DNA of 64,000 nt from Chitinophagales bacterium (GTDB lineage: Bacteria > Bacteroidota > Bacteroidia > Chitinophagales > JADJOU01), in NCBI GenBank assembly GCA_044368655.1, contig JBIPPB010000002.1, forward strand, positions 8,479-72,478, read 5' to 3'. Below the pieces are notes generated by a model that made no database searches, had not been told where the DNA came from, and worked only from the letters and a program-made list of their open reading frames with translations. Of the stretch, positions 1 to 9,022 are shown piece by piece (position 1 is the first letter of the stretch; each line of letters starts with the position of its first letter). Both the position numbers and the translations under genes were made by a program.

Positions 1-1
1 T

Positions 2-3000
2 GCACCTGCGGATCCCGATTTATCAGGAAATACCAATTTAGTAGGCGATTCTATTATTTATTGTCAAAATGCAACGGCAACACAATTGGTAGCATCTTTA
101 AATCCTTCTAACAATGGCGGAACCCTAAACTGGTATTCAAGCCCTACAGGAGGTACCGCTAGCACTACAGCCCCTACACCATCTACGACCAATGCAGGAA
201 CGTATTTCTACTATGTGTCCCAAACGGTAAATGGCGTAGAAAGTGCACGAAAAGCGATCAAAGTAATCGTAAAACCAGCACCAAATCAGCCAAATACGAT
301 TTCGGGTCCTGCTTCGGTTTCTGCAAATACATCGTATACGTTCTCAATTAGTGCGGTACCAGGTGCTACGAGCTATACCTGGACATTGCCAAATGGCTGG
401 ACAGGAACTTCAAATACGACTTCAATTAATGCAACGTCAAGTTCAATTACATCCGGTCTTGTATCGGTAACCGCTAATGTAGGAAGTTGTAGTAGTATCG
501 CACAAAGCAAAATTATAGGAACATTACCAAATAATCCAACGACGAATATGAATGGTGATTCAACGGAATATTGTCAAGGAGCAACAGCAACACAGTTAAC
601 CGCTAGTTTAAGTCCATCTAATAATGGAGGAACCTTGAATTGGTATACCGTAGCTTCAGGCGGAACGGCAAGTGCTTCGGCACCTACACCATCGACCTTG
701 ACGGCAGGTACAACGATGTTCTATGTATCTCAAACCGTAGGAGGGGTAGAAAGTAATCGTACGGCTATCAAAGTGGTTGTAAAAGCAGTGCCATCTCAAG
801 CTAGTTTAACCACCGTTCAGCCTACTTGTGCGGTAAATACGGCAACGGTTACGGTAAATGCACCACTTAATAGCGCATTTAAATATAGTATTGACAGCGT
901 GAATTATAATACAAATACAACATTTAGTGGTGTTCTTTCAGGTGCAAAAAAAGTATATGTAAAAGATACTACTTCGGGTTGCTTTAGCTCGGTAGCTACT
1001 ATGATTAATGTAGCTCCAGCAGCTCCAGCCAATCCTACGATACAAATAACACAACCTAGTTGTCAGTCGGCTACAGGTTCTATCTCTATCTCAGCGCCTA
1101 CAGGTTCAAATTACATCTATTCCATCGATAGTATTAATTACCAATCGAATGCGAATTTTACAAGTGTAACTGCAGGAACCTATAGAGTTCGTGTAAAAGA
1201 TATTGCTGCAAATTGCGCTACCGATACAGGTACAAAAGCAATTATCAATTCCTTCTCGGGCACCCCAAGCCAACCAGGAACTATAACAGGACCTGTCAAT
1301 CCAACGATTGGATCTACAGTTATCTATAGTATAGATACAGTGGCAGGCGCTTCGTCATATACTTGGACGGTACCAACAGGCTGGAATATCACTTCAGGTC
1401 AAAATACCAAGTCCATTTCAGTTGTGGTAGGTAGTTCAGGAGGAACGATTTCTGTAAAAGCGAACAATAATTCAGGATGTAGTAGTGCAGCAGGCTTACT
1501 AGATGTGAACAAATTGCCAGCAAAACCAATTATTGACCCAGCCAATTCAAACATAGTTGGTAATACCATTACATATTGTCAAGGAACCGTAGCAACTCCA
1601 TTAAGAGCGGATTCTACGGTGTCGGGTGCTATGATAAAATGGTATACGGGTACAGATTCTGCGTCGGCGAGTAGTGCAGGAGCAATAGATACGGGATCGG
1701 TGGGTCCTATTCCATCTACTGCGGTAGGAAATACTCAAACCATGTATTGGGTAAGTCAAACCGTAAATGGTGAAGAAGGAATCAAAGCATTGATTATCGT
1801 AAAAGTAAATCCTACGCCATCTCAACCGAATGCGATTGTAGGTAATACAATTGTATTGGCGGGAAGCGCTCAAATTTACTCTGTAAATGCAGTACCTGGA
1901 GCAGCCAGCTATACTTGGACCTTACCAAGTGGTTGGAGTGGAACGTCTACGACAAACTCTATTAATACTATAGTTGGTACATTGGGTGGAACGATAAAAG
2001 TAAAAGCAAATATAGGTAACTGTTCTAGTCAAGAACAGACCTTAAATGTAAACATTAAACCATCCACAGTAGATATTACGTCCAATACAAACATTAGTGG
2101 AAACACGATTACGTATTGTCAAGGCGTTACACCAAATCCATTGACGGCAGTAGGTATCAGCGGTAGTACATTGAAATGGTATGACAGTGATGGTACGACG
2201 GTATTAGCTGGAGCTCCTACACCAAGTACCGAGTTTGTACAAATAAAAACATATTATGTATCTCAAATTGTAAATGGTGTGGAAAGTGATAAAGCGGCAA
2301 TTAATGTAAGAGTTAATTCGGCTCCTTCACAACCCAATCCAATTCAAGGAGATACCCTTGTAACAAAAGGAAGTTCGAAAACATATACGGTAGCGGCTGT
2401 TCCGGGCGCTACGAGTTATACATGGACGTTGCCAAATGGCTGGACGGGAACTTCTTCGACGAATAGCATCACGGTAGTAGCGGATTCTTTAGGAGGCGTT
2501 ATCACGGTAAAAGCAAATTCGGCAAATTGTTCAAGTCCTATTCAGTCCTTGATAGTTCGAGTAAATACAAATACGGATTCCGATGGTGATGGCATTCCAG
2601 ATAGTGAAGAGAAAGGAGGAGGTAGTTCACCAAAAGATAGTGATGGTGATGGTACTCCAGATTATTTAGATCCAGATAGCGATAACGATGGTATTCCTGA
2701 TAATCAAGAAGATTCAGGATGTACAGGAACTTCTCCATGTACACCAACGGATAGCGATGGTGATGGCATTCCAGATTACATTGACTCGGATAGTGATAAT
2801 GATGGAATCAAAGACTCCGTTGAAGATAATGGATGTAATGGAATTTTCCCATGCAATCCTACAGATACAGACGGTGATGGTGTTCCTGATTACAGAGATT
2901 TAGACTCCGATGGTGATGGCATTCCAGATAGTGAAGAGAAAGGAGGAGGTGTTAATCCAAGAGATACAGACGGTGATGGTATTCCAGATTACAGAGATTT

Positions 3001-5002
3001 AGACTCCGATGGCGATGGCATTCCTGATTCAATAGAAAAAGGAAGTGGAACCACACCAAAAGATAGTGATGGTGATGGCATTCCAGATTATTTAGATCCT
3101 GATAGCGATAATGATGGTATTCCTGATAATCAAGAAGATTCAGGATGTACAGGAACTTCTCCGTGTACACCAACGGATAGCGATGGTGATGGTATTCCTG
3201 ATTATATTGATACGGATAGCGATAATGATGGAATCAAAGACTCTGTAGAAGACAATGGATGTAATGGCGTTTTACCATGTACACCAACGGACACAGATGG
3301 TGATGGTATTCCAGATTATAGAGATTTAGACTCCGATGGTGATGGTATCTCAGATAGTGAAGAAAAAGGTAGTGGCACTTCTCCAAGAGATACCGATGGT
3401 GATGGCATTCCGGATTACAGAGATTTAGATTCTGACGGCGATGGTATTCCAGATAGTATCGAAAAAGGTAGTGGTAGTTCTCCAAGAGATAGTGATGGTG
3501 ATGGTATTCCAGATTATCTTGATCCAGATTCCGATGGCGATGGCATCCCAGATGCTAATGAAGATTCTGGCTGTACAGGTATTGCACCATGTACTCCAAC
3601 GGACACAGATAGCGACGGCATTCCTGATTATTTGGATCTAGATAGTGATGGTGATGGTATTCCTGATGCTATTGAAGATACGGGTTGTAATGGAACCGTA
3701 CCTTGTACTCCTTCGGATAAAGATGGCGATGGCATTCCTAACTATAAAGACCTGGATAGTGATGGTGATGGTATTCCAGATTCTGTAGAAAAAGGAAATG
3801 GTACAACGCCACAAGACAGTGACGGCGATGGTATTCCTAATTATTTAGATTTAGATTCGGATAATGACGGTATATTGGATGCTTATGAAAATCAAGTTTG
3901 CCCAACGGCTGTTGTTCTATGTGATACGGATGGCGATGGTATTCCAAACTATATCGATTTGGATAGTGATGGCGATGGTAAATCGGATGTCAGCGAAGCA
4001 AAAGGAACCGATGCTAATAATGATGGTAAAGCAGATGGTACTATAAATTCAGATGGTGTTCCTAGTTCAGCAGGTGGTGGACTAACGCCTCCAGATGCTA
4101 ATAATGATGGAAAAACGGATCCATATGATATTGCTGGAACTATAGATACAGATGGTGATGGTATTCCAGATGCTGTAGAAAAAGGCAATGGTACTACTCC
4201 ACAAGATACCGATGGTGATGGAATTCCAAACTATTTAGATTTAGATTCGGATAATGATGGAATATTAGATGCATATGAAAATAATGTATGTGTGCCTTCT
4301 GTAGTGTTGTGTGATATTGATAGCGATGGAATTCCAAACTATATGGATTTGGATAGCGACAACGATGGTATTCCAGATGTCATTGAATCTAATGGAAAAG
4401 ATGATAATGGTGATGGAAAAGCGGATGGTGTTTCTAATTCAAAAGGTATTCCTTCGTCTGCTAATAATGGCAATACACCGCCGAATACGGATTCATTAGG
4501 ATATACAGACCCTTATGATTTAGATAGTGATAACGATGGTATCCTAGATAGTGTTGAAAAAGGCTCTAATGGTTCTAAACCAAGAGATACCGACGGCGAT
4601 GGTATTCCAGATTATAGAGATTTAGATTCAGATGGTGATGGTATTCCAGATCAAGAAGAAAGTCAATTAGAAGATTGTGATAAAGATGGAACTGTAGATT
4701 ATTTGGATCCAGATAATTGTGATGGTGAATTGCCAAATTACATTTCTCCAAATGGAGATGGAGCTAATGATAAATTTGTCATTCCTTCGTCTATCCTAAA
4801 GAAATATCCAAACTTAAGATTGAGTATATATAATCGATGGGGTAATATGGTATGGAGAAGTAATGGCGTTTATCAAAACAATTGGGGTGGTGAGCATTAC
4901 GATGCATCGAATTTACCTGATGGCGTTTATTATTATATCATGGAATTGGAATCTATAGTTGAAAAAAATAAAACTGGATTCATTCAAGTTATGAGACATT
5001 AA
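2..5002 (+). CDS. Giant cell-surface adhesin-like protein, 5' end cut by the window edge. It has SprB-like, Ig-like and PKD-like N-terminal modules, a long thrombospondin type-3 (TSP3) calcium-binding repeat array, and a T9SS type B (gliding-motility-associated) C-terminal sorting domain.
   Basis: The frame is open from nt 2. Its translation APADPDLSGNTNLVGDSIIYCQNATATQL matches the internal module NGDSTEYCQGATATQLTASLSPSNNGGTLNWY, so the TTG at 86 is not the true start. Modules alternate (YCQG..NWY..YVSQTVNGVES and SYTWTLPNGWTGTS). There are two SprB-type repeats (QPSCQSATGSISI..YRVRVKD) and dozens of DxDxDGxxDxxD motifs. The C-terminus ISPNGDGANDKFVI..IYNRWGNMVW..LPDGVYYYIMEL is typical of the TIGR04131-type CTD. 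Confidence 0.85.
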   Translation, partial: APADPDLSGNTNLVGDSIIYCQNATATQLVASLNPSNNGGTLNWYSSPTGGTASTTAPTPSTTNAGTYFYYVSQTVNGVESARKAIKVIVKPAPNQPNTISGPASVSANTSYTFSISAVPGATSYTWTLPNGWTGTSNTTSINATSSSITSGLVSVTANVGSCSSIAQSKIIGTLPNNPTTNMNGDSTEYCQGATATQLTASLSPSNNGGTLNWYTVASGGTASASAPTPSTLTAGTTMFYVSQTVGGVESNRTAIKVVVKAVPSQASLTTVQPTCAVNTATVTVNAPLNSAFKYSIDSVNYNTNTTFSGVLSGAKKVYVKDTTSGCFSSVATMINVAPAAPANPTIQITQPSCQSATGSISISAPTGSNYIYSIDSINYQSNANFTSVTAGTYRVRVKDIAANCATDTGTKAIINSFSGTPSQPGTITGPVNPTIGSTVIYSIDTVAGASSYTWTVPTGWNITSGQNTKSISVVVGSSGGTISVKANNNSGCSSAAGLLDVNKLPAKPIIDPANSNIVGNTITYCQGTVATPLRADSTVSGAMIKWYTGTDSASASSAGAIDTGSVGPIPSTAVGNTQTMYWVSQTVNGEEGIKALIIVKVNPTPSQPNAIVGNTIVLAGSAQIYSVNAVPGAASYTWTLPSGWSGTSTTNSINTIVGTLGGTIKVKANIGNCSSQEQTLNVNIKPSTVDITSNTNISGNTITYCQGVTPNPLTAVGISGSTLKWYDSDGTTVLAGAPTPSTEFVQIKTYYVSQIVNGVESDKAAINVRVNSAPSQPNPIQGDTLVTKGSSKTYTVAAVPGATSYTWTLPNGWTGTSSTNSITVVADSLGGVITVKANSANCSSPIQSLIVRVNTNTDSDGDGIPDSEEKGGGSSPKDSDGDGTPDYLDPDSDNDGIPDNQEDSGCTGTSPCTPTDSDGDGIPDYIDSDSDNDGIKDSVEDNGCNGIFPCNPTDTDGDGVPDYRDLDSDGDGIPDSEEKGGGVNPRDTDGDGIPDYRDLDSDGDGIPDSIEKGSGTTPKDSDGDGIPDYLDPDSDNDGIPDNQEDSGCTGTSPCTPTDSDGDGIPDYIDTDSDNDGIKDSVEDNGCNGVLPCTPTDTDGDGIPDYRDLDSDGDGISDSEEKGSGTSPRDTDGDGIPDYRDLDSDGDGIPDSIEKGSGSSPRDSDGDGIPDYLDPDSDGDGIPDANEDSGCTGIAPCTPTDTDSDGIPDYLDLDSDGDGIPDAIEDTGCNGTVPCTPSDKDGDGIPNYKDLDSDGDGIPDSVEKGNGTTPQDSDGDGIPNYLDLDSDNDGILDAYENQVCPTAVVLCDTDGDGIPNYIDLDSDGDGKSDVSEAKGTDANNDGKADGTINSDGVPSSAGGGLTPPDANNDGKTDPYDIAGTIDTDGDGIPDAVEKGNGTTPQDTDGDGIPNYLDLDSDNDGILDAYENNVCVPSVVLCDIDSDGIPNYMDLDSDNDGIPDVIESNGKDDNGDGKADGVSNSKGIPSSANNGNTPPNTDSLGYTDPYDLDSDNDGILDSVEKGSNGSKPRDTDGDGIPDYRDLDSDGDGIPDQEESQLEDCDKDGTVDYLDPDNCDGELPNYISPNGDGANDKFVIPSSILKKYPNLRLSIYNRWGNMVWRSNGVYQNNWGGEHYDASNLPDGVYYYIMELESIVEKNKTGFIQVMRH
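2630..3481 (+). repeat. Two tandem copies of a 426-bp (142-codon) higher-order repeat unit; a more diverged, shorter third copy follows
   Basis: ccaaaagatagtgatggtgatgg... at 2630 recurs at 3056, an offset of 426. The copies align over the whole unit and differ mostly at third codon positions. Confidence 0.8.
3785..4564 (+). repeat. Two tandem copies of a second 390-bp (130-codon) higher-order repeat unit; similarity decays toward the 3' end
   Basis: gtagaaaaaggaaatggtac... at 3785 recurs at 4175. At the protein level VEKGNGTTPQDSDGDGIPNYLDLDSDNDGILDAYEN..VLCD..DGIPNY.DLDSD is repeated. Confidence 0.7.
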
Positions 5003-5008
5003 AAAAAA

Positions 5009-5042
5009 TAAGGATGGTTTAAAAAGCCATCCTTATTTTTTT
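5009..5042 (+). terminator. Rho-independent terminator after the adhesin gene
   Basis: Stem TAAGGATGG / CCATCCTTA with loop tttaaaaag, followed by a T run. Confidence 0.8.
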
Positions 5043-5247
5043 AATTTATGATGTCTAAATGGAAGCCTTCTATATATTAATGGAAAAGATTTTAAATCAA
5101 CGATGTTTACTAATTTTCAATAATAGTATTAATTTTACCTATATTCAAAATAGAGCTTAGTATAGTTACAAGAATTGTATTATTAAAATGAAGTGTTTTA
5201 AACTTTATATTTCTGAAATTTGTATTTATATTTAATCTATTTATATG

Positions 5248-5255
5248 TATTTTTG
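5248..5255 (+). promoter_or_regulatory. Bacteroidota-type -7 promoter box for rnpB
   Basis: TATTTTTG matches TAnnTTTG and lies 12 nt upstream of the predicted RNase P RNA 5' end. A TTG at 5220-5222 is spaced too far to be a clean -33 element. Confidence 0.45.
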
Positions 5256-5266
5256 CATTGAGAAAT

Positions 5267-5636
5267 AAGTCAATCGGGCTATCGCTGGATATTTATCGAG
5301 AGGAAAGTCCGGACAGCACAGAGCACCATACCACCTAACGGGTGGGCGTATTGAATAAATATGACGGAAAGTGTAGCAGAAAATAACCGCCTCTTTTTGA
5401 GGTAAGGGTGAAAATGTGTGGTAAAAGCACACGTATTTATTTGGTAACAAATAAATAGTATAAACCCTATGGGCTGAAAGACCAAATATATCTTGTATAG
5501 GATTGCTCGTCCTTTTTTGTGCCAAAAGCCAATAAGCAAGAAGGGTAGGTTGATATACTTTGAGGGCGACCTCAAGGATAGATAAATGATAGTCGCTTAA
5601 TTTTTTAAGTACAGAATCCGGCTTATAGATTGATTT
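5267..5636 (+). ncRNA. rnpB: RNase P RNA, bacterial type A
   Basis: Conserved blocks GAGGAAAGTCCGGAC, GGTAAGGGTGAAA and ACAGAATCCGGCTTA are present. The terminal helix pairs 5' TCAATC with 3' GATTGA. The ends are approximate, within about 5 nt. Confidence 0.9.
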
Positions 5637-5713
5637 ATTTCTTTTGTTTATGCATTTTGTTAAAAAAATAAATAATTTAGTTTTTTTAAACATTAACATT
5701 ACAAAAATTAAAC

Positions 5714-5721
5714 TAATTTTG
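5714..5721 (+). promoter_or_regulatory. Candidate -7 promoter box
   Basis: TAATTTTG(CA) lies 57 nt upstream of the ATG at 5779. Confidence 0.4.
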
Positions 5722-5778
5722 CATTAAGTTATCAAAAAGTAAAATTTATTTATTAACCCCAAATTAAAAATAAAAAAA

Positions 5779-6216
5779 ATGAAAAAATTATTTATCATCA
5801 CAATCTTGATTTTTAGTTCATTAGGCTTACATGCTCAAAAAGCTAAGAAAGTGAAAGCCAAAGCTAAACAAGCTGAAGCAGTTTCGGTGGCTCCAATTTC
5901 TAAGGATGCTGCTATTTTTTTATCTAACGAAACGTTGGACTATGGTGAAATCAAAAAAGGTTCTGAAGGAACAAGAGAATTTGACGTTATGAACAAAGGT
6001 GCTCAACCTTTATTATTAACGGGTTGTTCTGGTTCTTGTGGTTGTACTGTTCCAACTTGCCCACGTGAACCAATCATGCCAGGTAAAAGTGCTAAAATTT
6101 CTGTTAAATATGACACAAATCGTGTAGGTCCAATTAATAAAATTGTAACCATTATGAGCAATGATCCATCAAATCCTTCAAAAACAGTTGCTATAAGAGG
6201 TACTGTAATTGAATAG
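5779..6216 (+). CDS. DUF1573 domain-containing secreted protein
   Basis: Signal peptide MKKLFIITILIFSSLGLHAQ. The motif GCSGSCGCTVP and a beta-rich Ig-like remainder are typical of DUF1573. Confidence 0.7.
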   Translation: MKKLFIITILIFSSLGLHAQKAKKVKAKAKQAEAVSVAPISKDAAIFLSNETLDYGEIKKGSEGTREFDVMNKGAQPLLLTGCSGSCGCTVPTCPREPIMPGKSAKISVKYDTNRVGPINKIVTIMSNDPSNPSKTVAIRGTVIE

Positions 6217-6237
6217 TTTGTTATTGATTATAAACAT

Positions 6238-6268
6238 AAAAGGTCTTCTAAATAGAAGACCTTTTTTT
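6238..6268 (+). terminator. Rho-independent terminator
   Basis: Stem AGGTCTTCT / AGAAGACCT with loop aaat, followed by T7. Confidence 0.8.
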
Positions 6269-6379
6269 ATTTAACAAACATTAAAATAAAGAATAAATCG
6301 TTAAAAATAACTAGCATTCTTTTTTTTTTTATCATCTTTGCAGTTTACTGTTCAAAATAATTATTTTTATATTATTTCA

Positions 6380-9007
6380 ATGCATAACATTCTAATTAAA
6401 TTACTATATATAATACTATTTTCATTAATAATAAATAGTAACTTATTCGCCCAATCAAAAACATATAACATAGCTTCTATTCGTGTCGAAGGAACGGAAA
6501 GTCTTGATAAATCTATAGTATCAGCATTATCTGGATTGAGGGTAGGGAACGATTTGAAAATTCCAGGAAATGATATTGCTTTGGCAATTAAAAACTTATG
6601 GAAACAAGGGCTTTTTAGTCATATCGAAATTGTCGCAGATCGTTTTCAAAGTGAAAACATCTATTTGTTAATTAAAGTTGAAGAAAAACCTAAATTAAGT
6701 AAGTATCGAATCGTGGGAGTTCGAAAAGGTGAAGTAGATGATTTAAGAGGAAAAATAGCGCTAAAAGTTGGAACTATTGTAAATGAAAATTTAAAAAAAT
6801 CCATCGAAAATACAGTTAATGCGTATTATAAAGAAAAGGGATTTATCAATACAAAAACAGATATCAAACTAGAAAACGACTCGACTGCAAAAACGGTTAC
6901 TTTAACAATCAAAATCGAAAGAGGATTGAAGTATAAAATTAAAGATATTTATTTTATTGGTAATGAAAATGCTAGCGATTCTAGATTGAAGAAGTCGATG
7001 AAGGAAAATAAAGAGGGTGCAAGTATCAAGTTTCTAGAAATGCTTAAATTTAAAAAGCATTTCAAAGATACTACGTGGACTTTTTATGAACGACTTGGTC
7101 ATATTAACCCAAAAAATGTAAAACAATTTTTCTCAGAATTTATTAGCCCTAATATTTTTAGAGGCGCTAAGTATAATCCGGATGATTTAAAAAGTATAGA
7201 CCGAAAAGCGATTAAAGAATTCTATGCCTCAATAGGACATCGTGATGCTGAAATTATTTGGGATACGGCTATAATAGAATCCAATCAAAAAGTAACTTTA
7301 TTTATTAAAGTCAATGAAGGTAAAAAGTATTTTTACAGAAATATTACTTGGATTGGTAATACAAAATATTCAGATACCGTCTTAAATAACTTTTTAAGAA
7401 TTCAGAAAGGAGATATTTATAATTCTGAAAAAATGCAAGAACGATTAATTCAAAGCCAAGCGGGAGATGACATTAGTTCGTTGTATATGGATGATGGATA
7501 TTTGTTTTTTAGAATTGATCCAGTTGAGGTTTCGGTTGTAAATGATAGTATTGATATAGAAATGCGAGTTTACGAAGGAGCTCAAGCTACAATTAATAAT
7601 GTAACCATTTCCGGTAATGAAAAAACAAACGAAAAGGTTATCCGAAGAGAATTACGAATCCGTCCTGGAGACAAATTTGATCGTTCTAAATTAATTCGTA
7701 CACAAAGAGAAATTGCGGCACTTGGATTTTTTAATCCTGAGGCAATGCAGATTATTCCTAAACCAAAAGAAAATGGAACGGTTGATATCGATTTAATCGT
7801 TGAAGAAAAGCCATCGGATCAATTACAATTATCTTTAGGATATGCTAATTTTATTTATGGTCAGGTTGGGATTAATTTTACCAATTTTTCTATACGAAAT
7901 ATTTTTAACAAAAAATATTGGAAACCATTACCGAGTGGAGATGGTCAAAATTTGGGTATTAACATTCAATCTTCTGGTCTTCAAAGTCAAATTTTCAATT
8001 TGTCATTTACCGAGCCATGGCTTGGAGGCAAAAAGCCAACTTCTTTGACGGTGTCAGGAACGCATAGTCGATTTAATAACGTAATTGGTACTAGTATTTC
8101 AGGAAGTTATATTCGTACGATTGGTTCGGTGGAAGTCGGTACGCGTTTAAAATGGCCTGATGATTATTTTACAGCATTTATTGGACTTACTATGGAAAAT
8201 AACCGATTAGTAAATTATCCTGGTTTTTTTGCTAACTTTTCCGATGGAAATGTAAATAACTTATATGCACGTTTTACACTAACCCGAAATTCACTTCAAG
8301 GTCCAATTGGGCCTCAATTATATCCAACAAGTGGGTCAAACATAAGTTTCTCGATTCAAGCAACATTACCTTACTCTAAAATGTTTAAAAGTAGGGATTT
8401 AGATTATAGTAATCCAGAGTTGTCTTTAAGTACCCGTTGGAGTTGGATAGAATATCACAAATGGAAATTTAACGGTGATTTCTTCACACCACTTGTTGGT
8501 AATTTAGTAGCTCGAGTAAATTTAAAATTTGGTACGCTTGGTTATTATAATAGCAGTTATGGAATTTCTCCTTTTGAAAGATTTCGACTTGGTGGCGATG
8601 GTTTAGTAATGTTTAATCAGTTTGGGCAAGAAACGTATGCTTTAAGAGGATATAATGACAATGAAGTAACTGTAAATGAAAATGGTCAGTTTTTTCAAGG
8701 GGCTACGGTTTTTAATAAATACACGATGGAGTTAAGATATCCGATTTCATTAAATCCGCAATCAACAATTTATGCGATGCTATTTGCTGAAGCAGGAAAT
8801 GGCTGGGAAGGCATTCGTAATTTTGATCCATTTAAAGTCAAAAAATCTTTTGGAACAGGGGTTCGATTTTTCTTACCGATGTTTGGATTACTTGGTTTTG
8901 ACTACGGTTTTGGAGTAGATAAAGAGGTGCCAAGTAACTTACAAAGTGGAAGTATTTTTGAGAAATATGGTAAATTCCGATTTATTTTAGGTTTCGAACC
9001 ACAATAA
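6380..9007 (+). CDS. bamA: Outer membrane protein assembly factor BamA (Omp85 family)
   Basis: Signal peptide MHNILIKLLYIILFSLIINSNLFAQ. POTRA-like repeats are present (IRVEGT.., YKIKDIYFIGN.., INNVTISGNEKT..VIRREL). A C-terminal beta-barrel follows, with GFDYGFG near its end. The ATG at 6380 is preferred over the tracker's TTG at 6338. Confidence 0.85.
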   Translation: MHNILIKLLYIILFSLIINSNLFAQSKTYNIASIRVEGTESLDKSIVSALSGLRVGNDLKIPGNDIALAIKNLWKQGLFSHIEIVADRFQSENIYLLIKVEEKPKLSKYRIVGVRKGEVDDLRGKIALKVGTIVNENLKKSIENTVNAYYKEKGFINTKTDIKLENDSTAKTVTLTIKIERGLKYKIKDIYFIGNENASDSRLKKSMKENKEGASIKFLEMLKFKKHFKDTTWTFYERLGHINPKNVKQFFSEFISPNIFRGAKYNPDDLKSIDRKAIKEFYASIGHRDAEIIWDTAIIESNQKVTLFIKVNEGKKYFYRNITWIGNTKYSDTVLNNFLRIQKGDIYNSEKMQERLIQSQAGDDISSLYMDDGYLFFRIDPVEVSVVNDSIDIEMRVYEGAQATINNVTISGNEKTNEKVIRRELRIRPGDKFDRSKLIRTQREIAALGFFNPEAMQIIPKPKENGTVDIDLIVEEKPSDQLQLSLGYANFIYGQVGINFTNFSIRNIFNKKYWKPLPSGDGQNLGINIQSSGLQSQIFNLSFTEPWLGGKKPTSLTVSGTHSRFNNVIGTSISGSYIRTIGSVEVGTRLKWPDDYFTAFIGLTMENNRLVNYPGFFANFSDGNVNNLYARFTLTRNSLQGPIGPQLYPTSGSNISFSIQATLPYSKMFKSRDLDYSNPELSLSTRWSWIEYHKWKFNGDFFTPLVGNLVARVNLKFGTLGYYNSSYGISPFERFRLGGDGLVMFNQFGQETYALRGYNDNEVTVNENGQFFQGATVFNKYTMELRYPISLNPQSTIYAMLFAEAGNGWEGIRNFDPFKVKKSFGTGVRFFLPMFGLLGFDYGFGVDKEVPSNLQSGSIFEKYGKFRFILGFEPQ

Positions 9008-9022
9008 TCATATCTTTTATTT

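Larger units (their letters stand above)
2575..4715 (+). repeat. Coding tandem array of thrombospondin type-3-like Ca-binding repeats inside the adhesin gene
   Basis: GAT/GGT-rich DNA encodes reiterated DSDGDGIPDYxDxDSDNDGIxD units, many separated by short Cys-x5/6-Cys linkers (SGCTGTSPCTPTD, NGCNGIFPCNPTD, NQVCPTAVVLCDTD). Confidence 0.9.

Noticed and set aside
2538-4499. Eight ORF-track entries (60-83 aa, both strands) inside the adhesin gene, several of them His/Tyr/Leu-rich (HHHHY, MVMVFQ)
   Set aside because: They are alternative-frame readings of the GAT/GGT-rich TSP3 repeat DNA. Their periodic composition mirrors the repeat, and they lie wholly within a long, well-supported CDS.
2630-4564. 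The intragenic repeats as template and variable repeats of a diversity-generating retroelement
   Set aside because: Differences between the copies are scattered third-position changes of all kinds, not adenine-specific substitutions. No reverse transcriptase or accessory gene is present in the window.
2575-4715. A CRISPR-like periodic repeat signal
   Set aside because: The periodicity is coding (in frame, within a continuous ORF). There are no unique spacers between identical short repeats and no cas genes.
5241-5699. Minus-strand ORFs of 152 aa and 98 aa
   Set aside because: They overlap the RNase P RNA gene, whose conserved motifs are unambiguous on the plus strand. The ORF products are low-complexity and have no recognisable features.
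6338-6379. TTG start at 6338 for bamA
   Set aside because: The extra 14 residues (MQFTVQNNYFYIIS) precede a perfect signal peptide that begins at the ATG at 6380.
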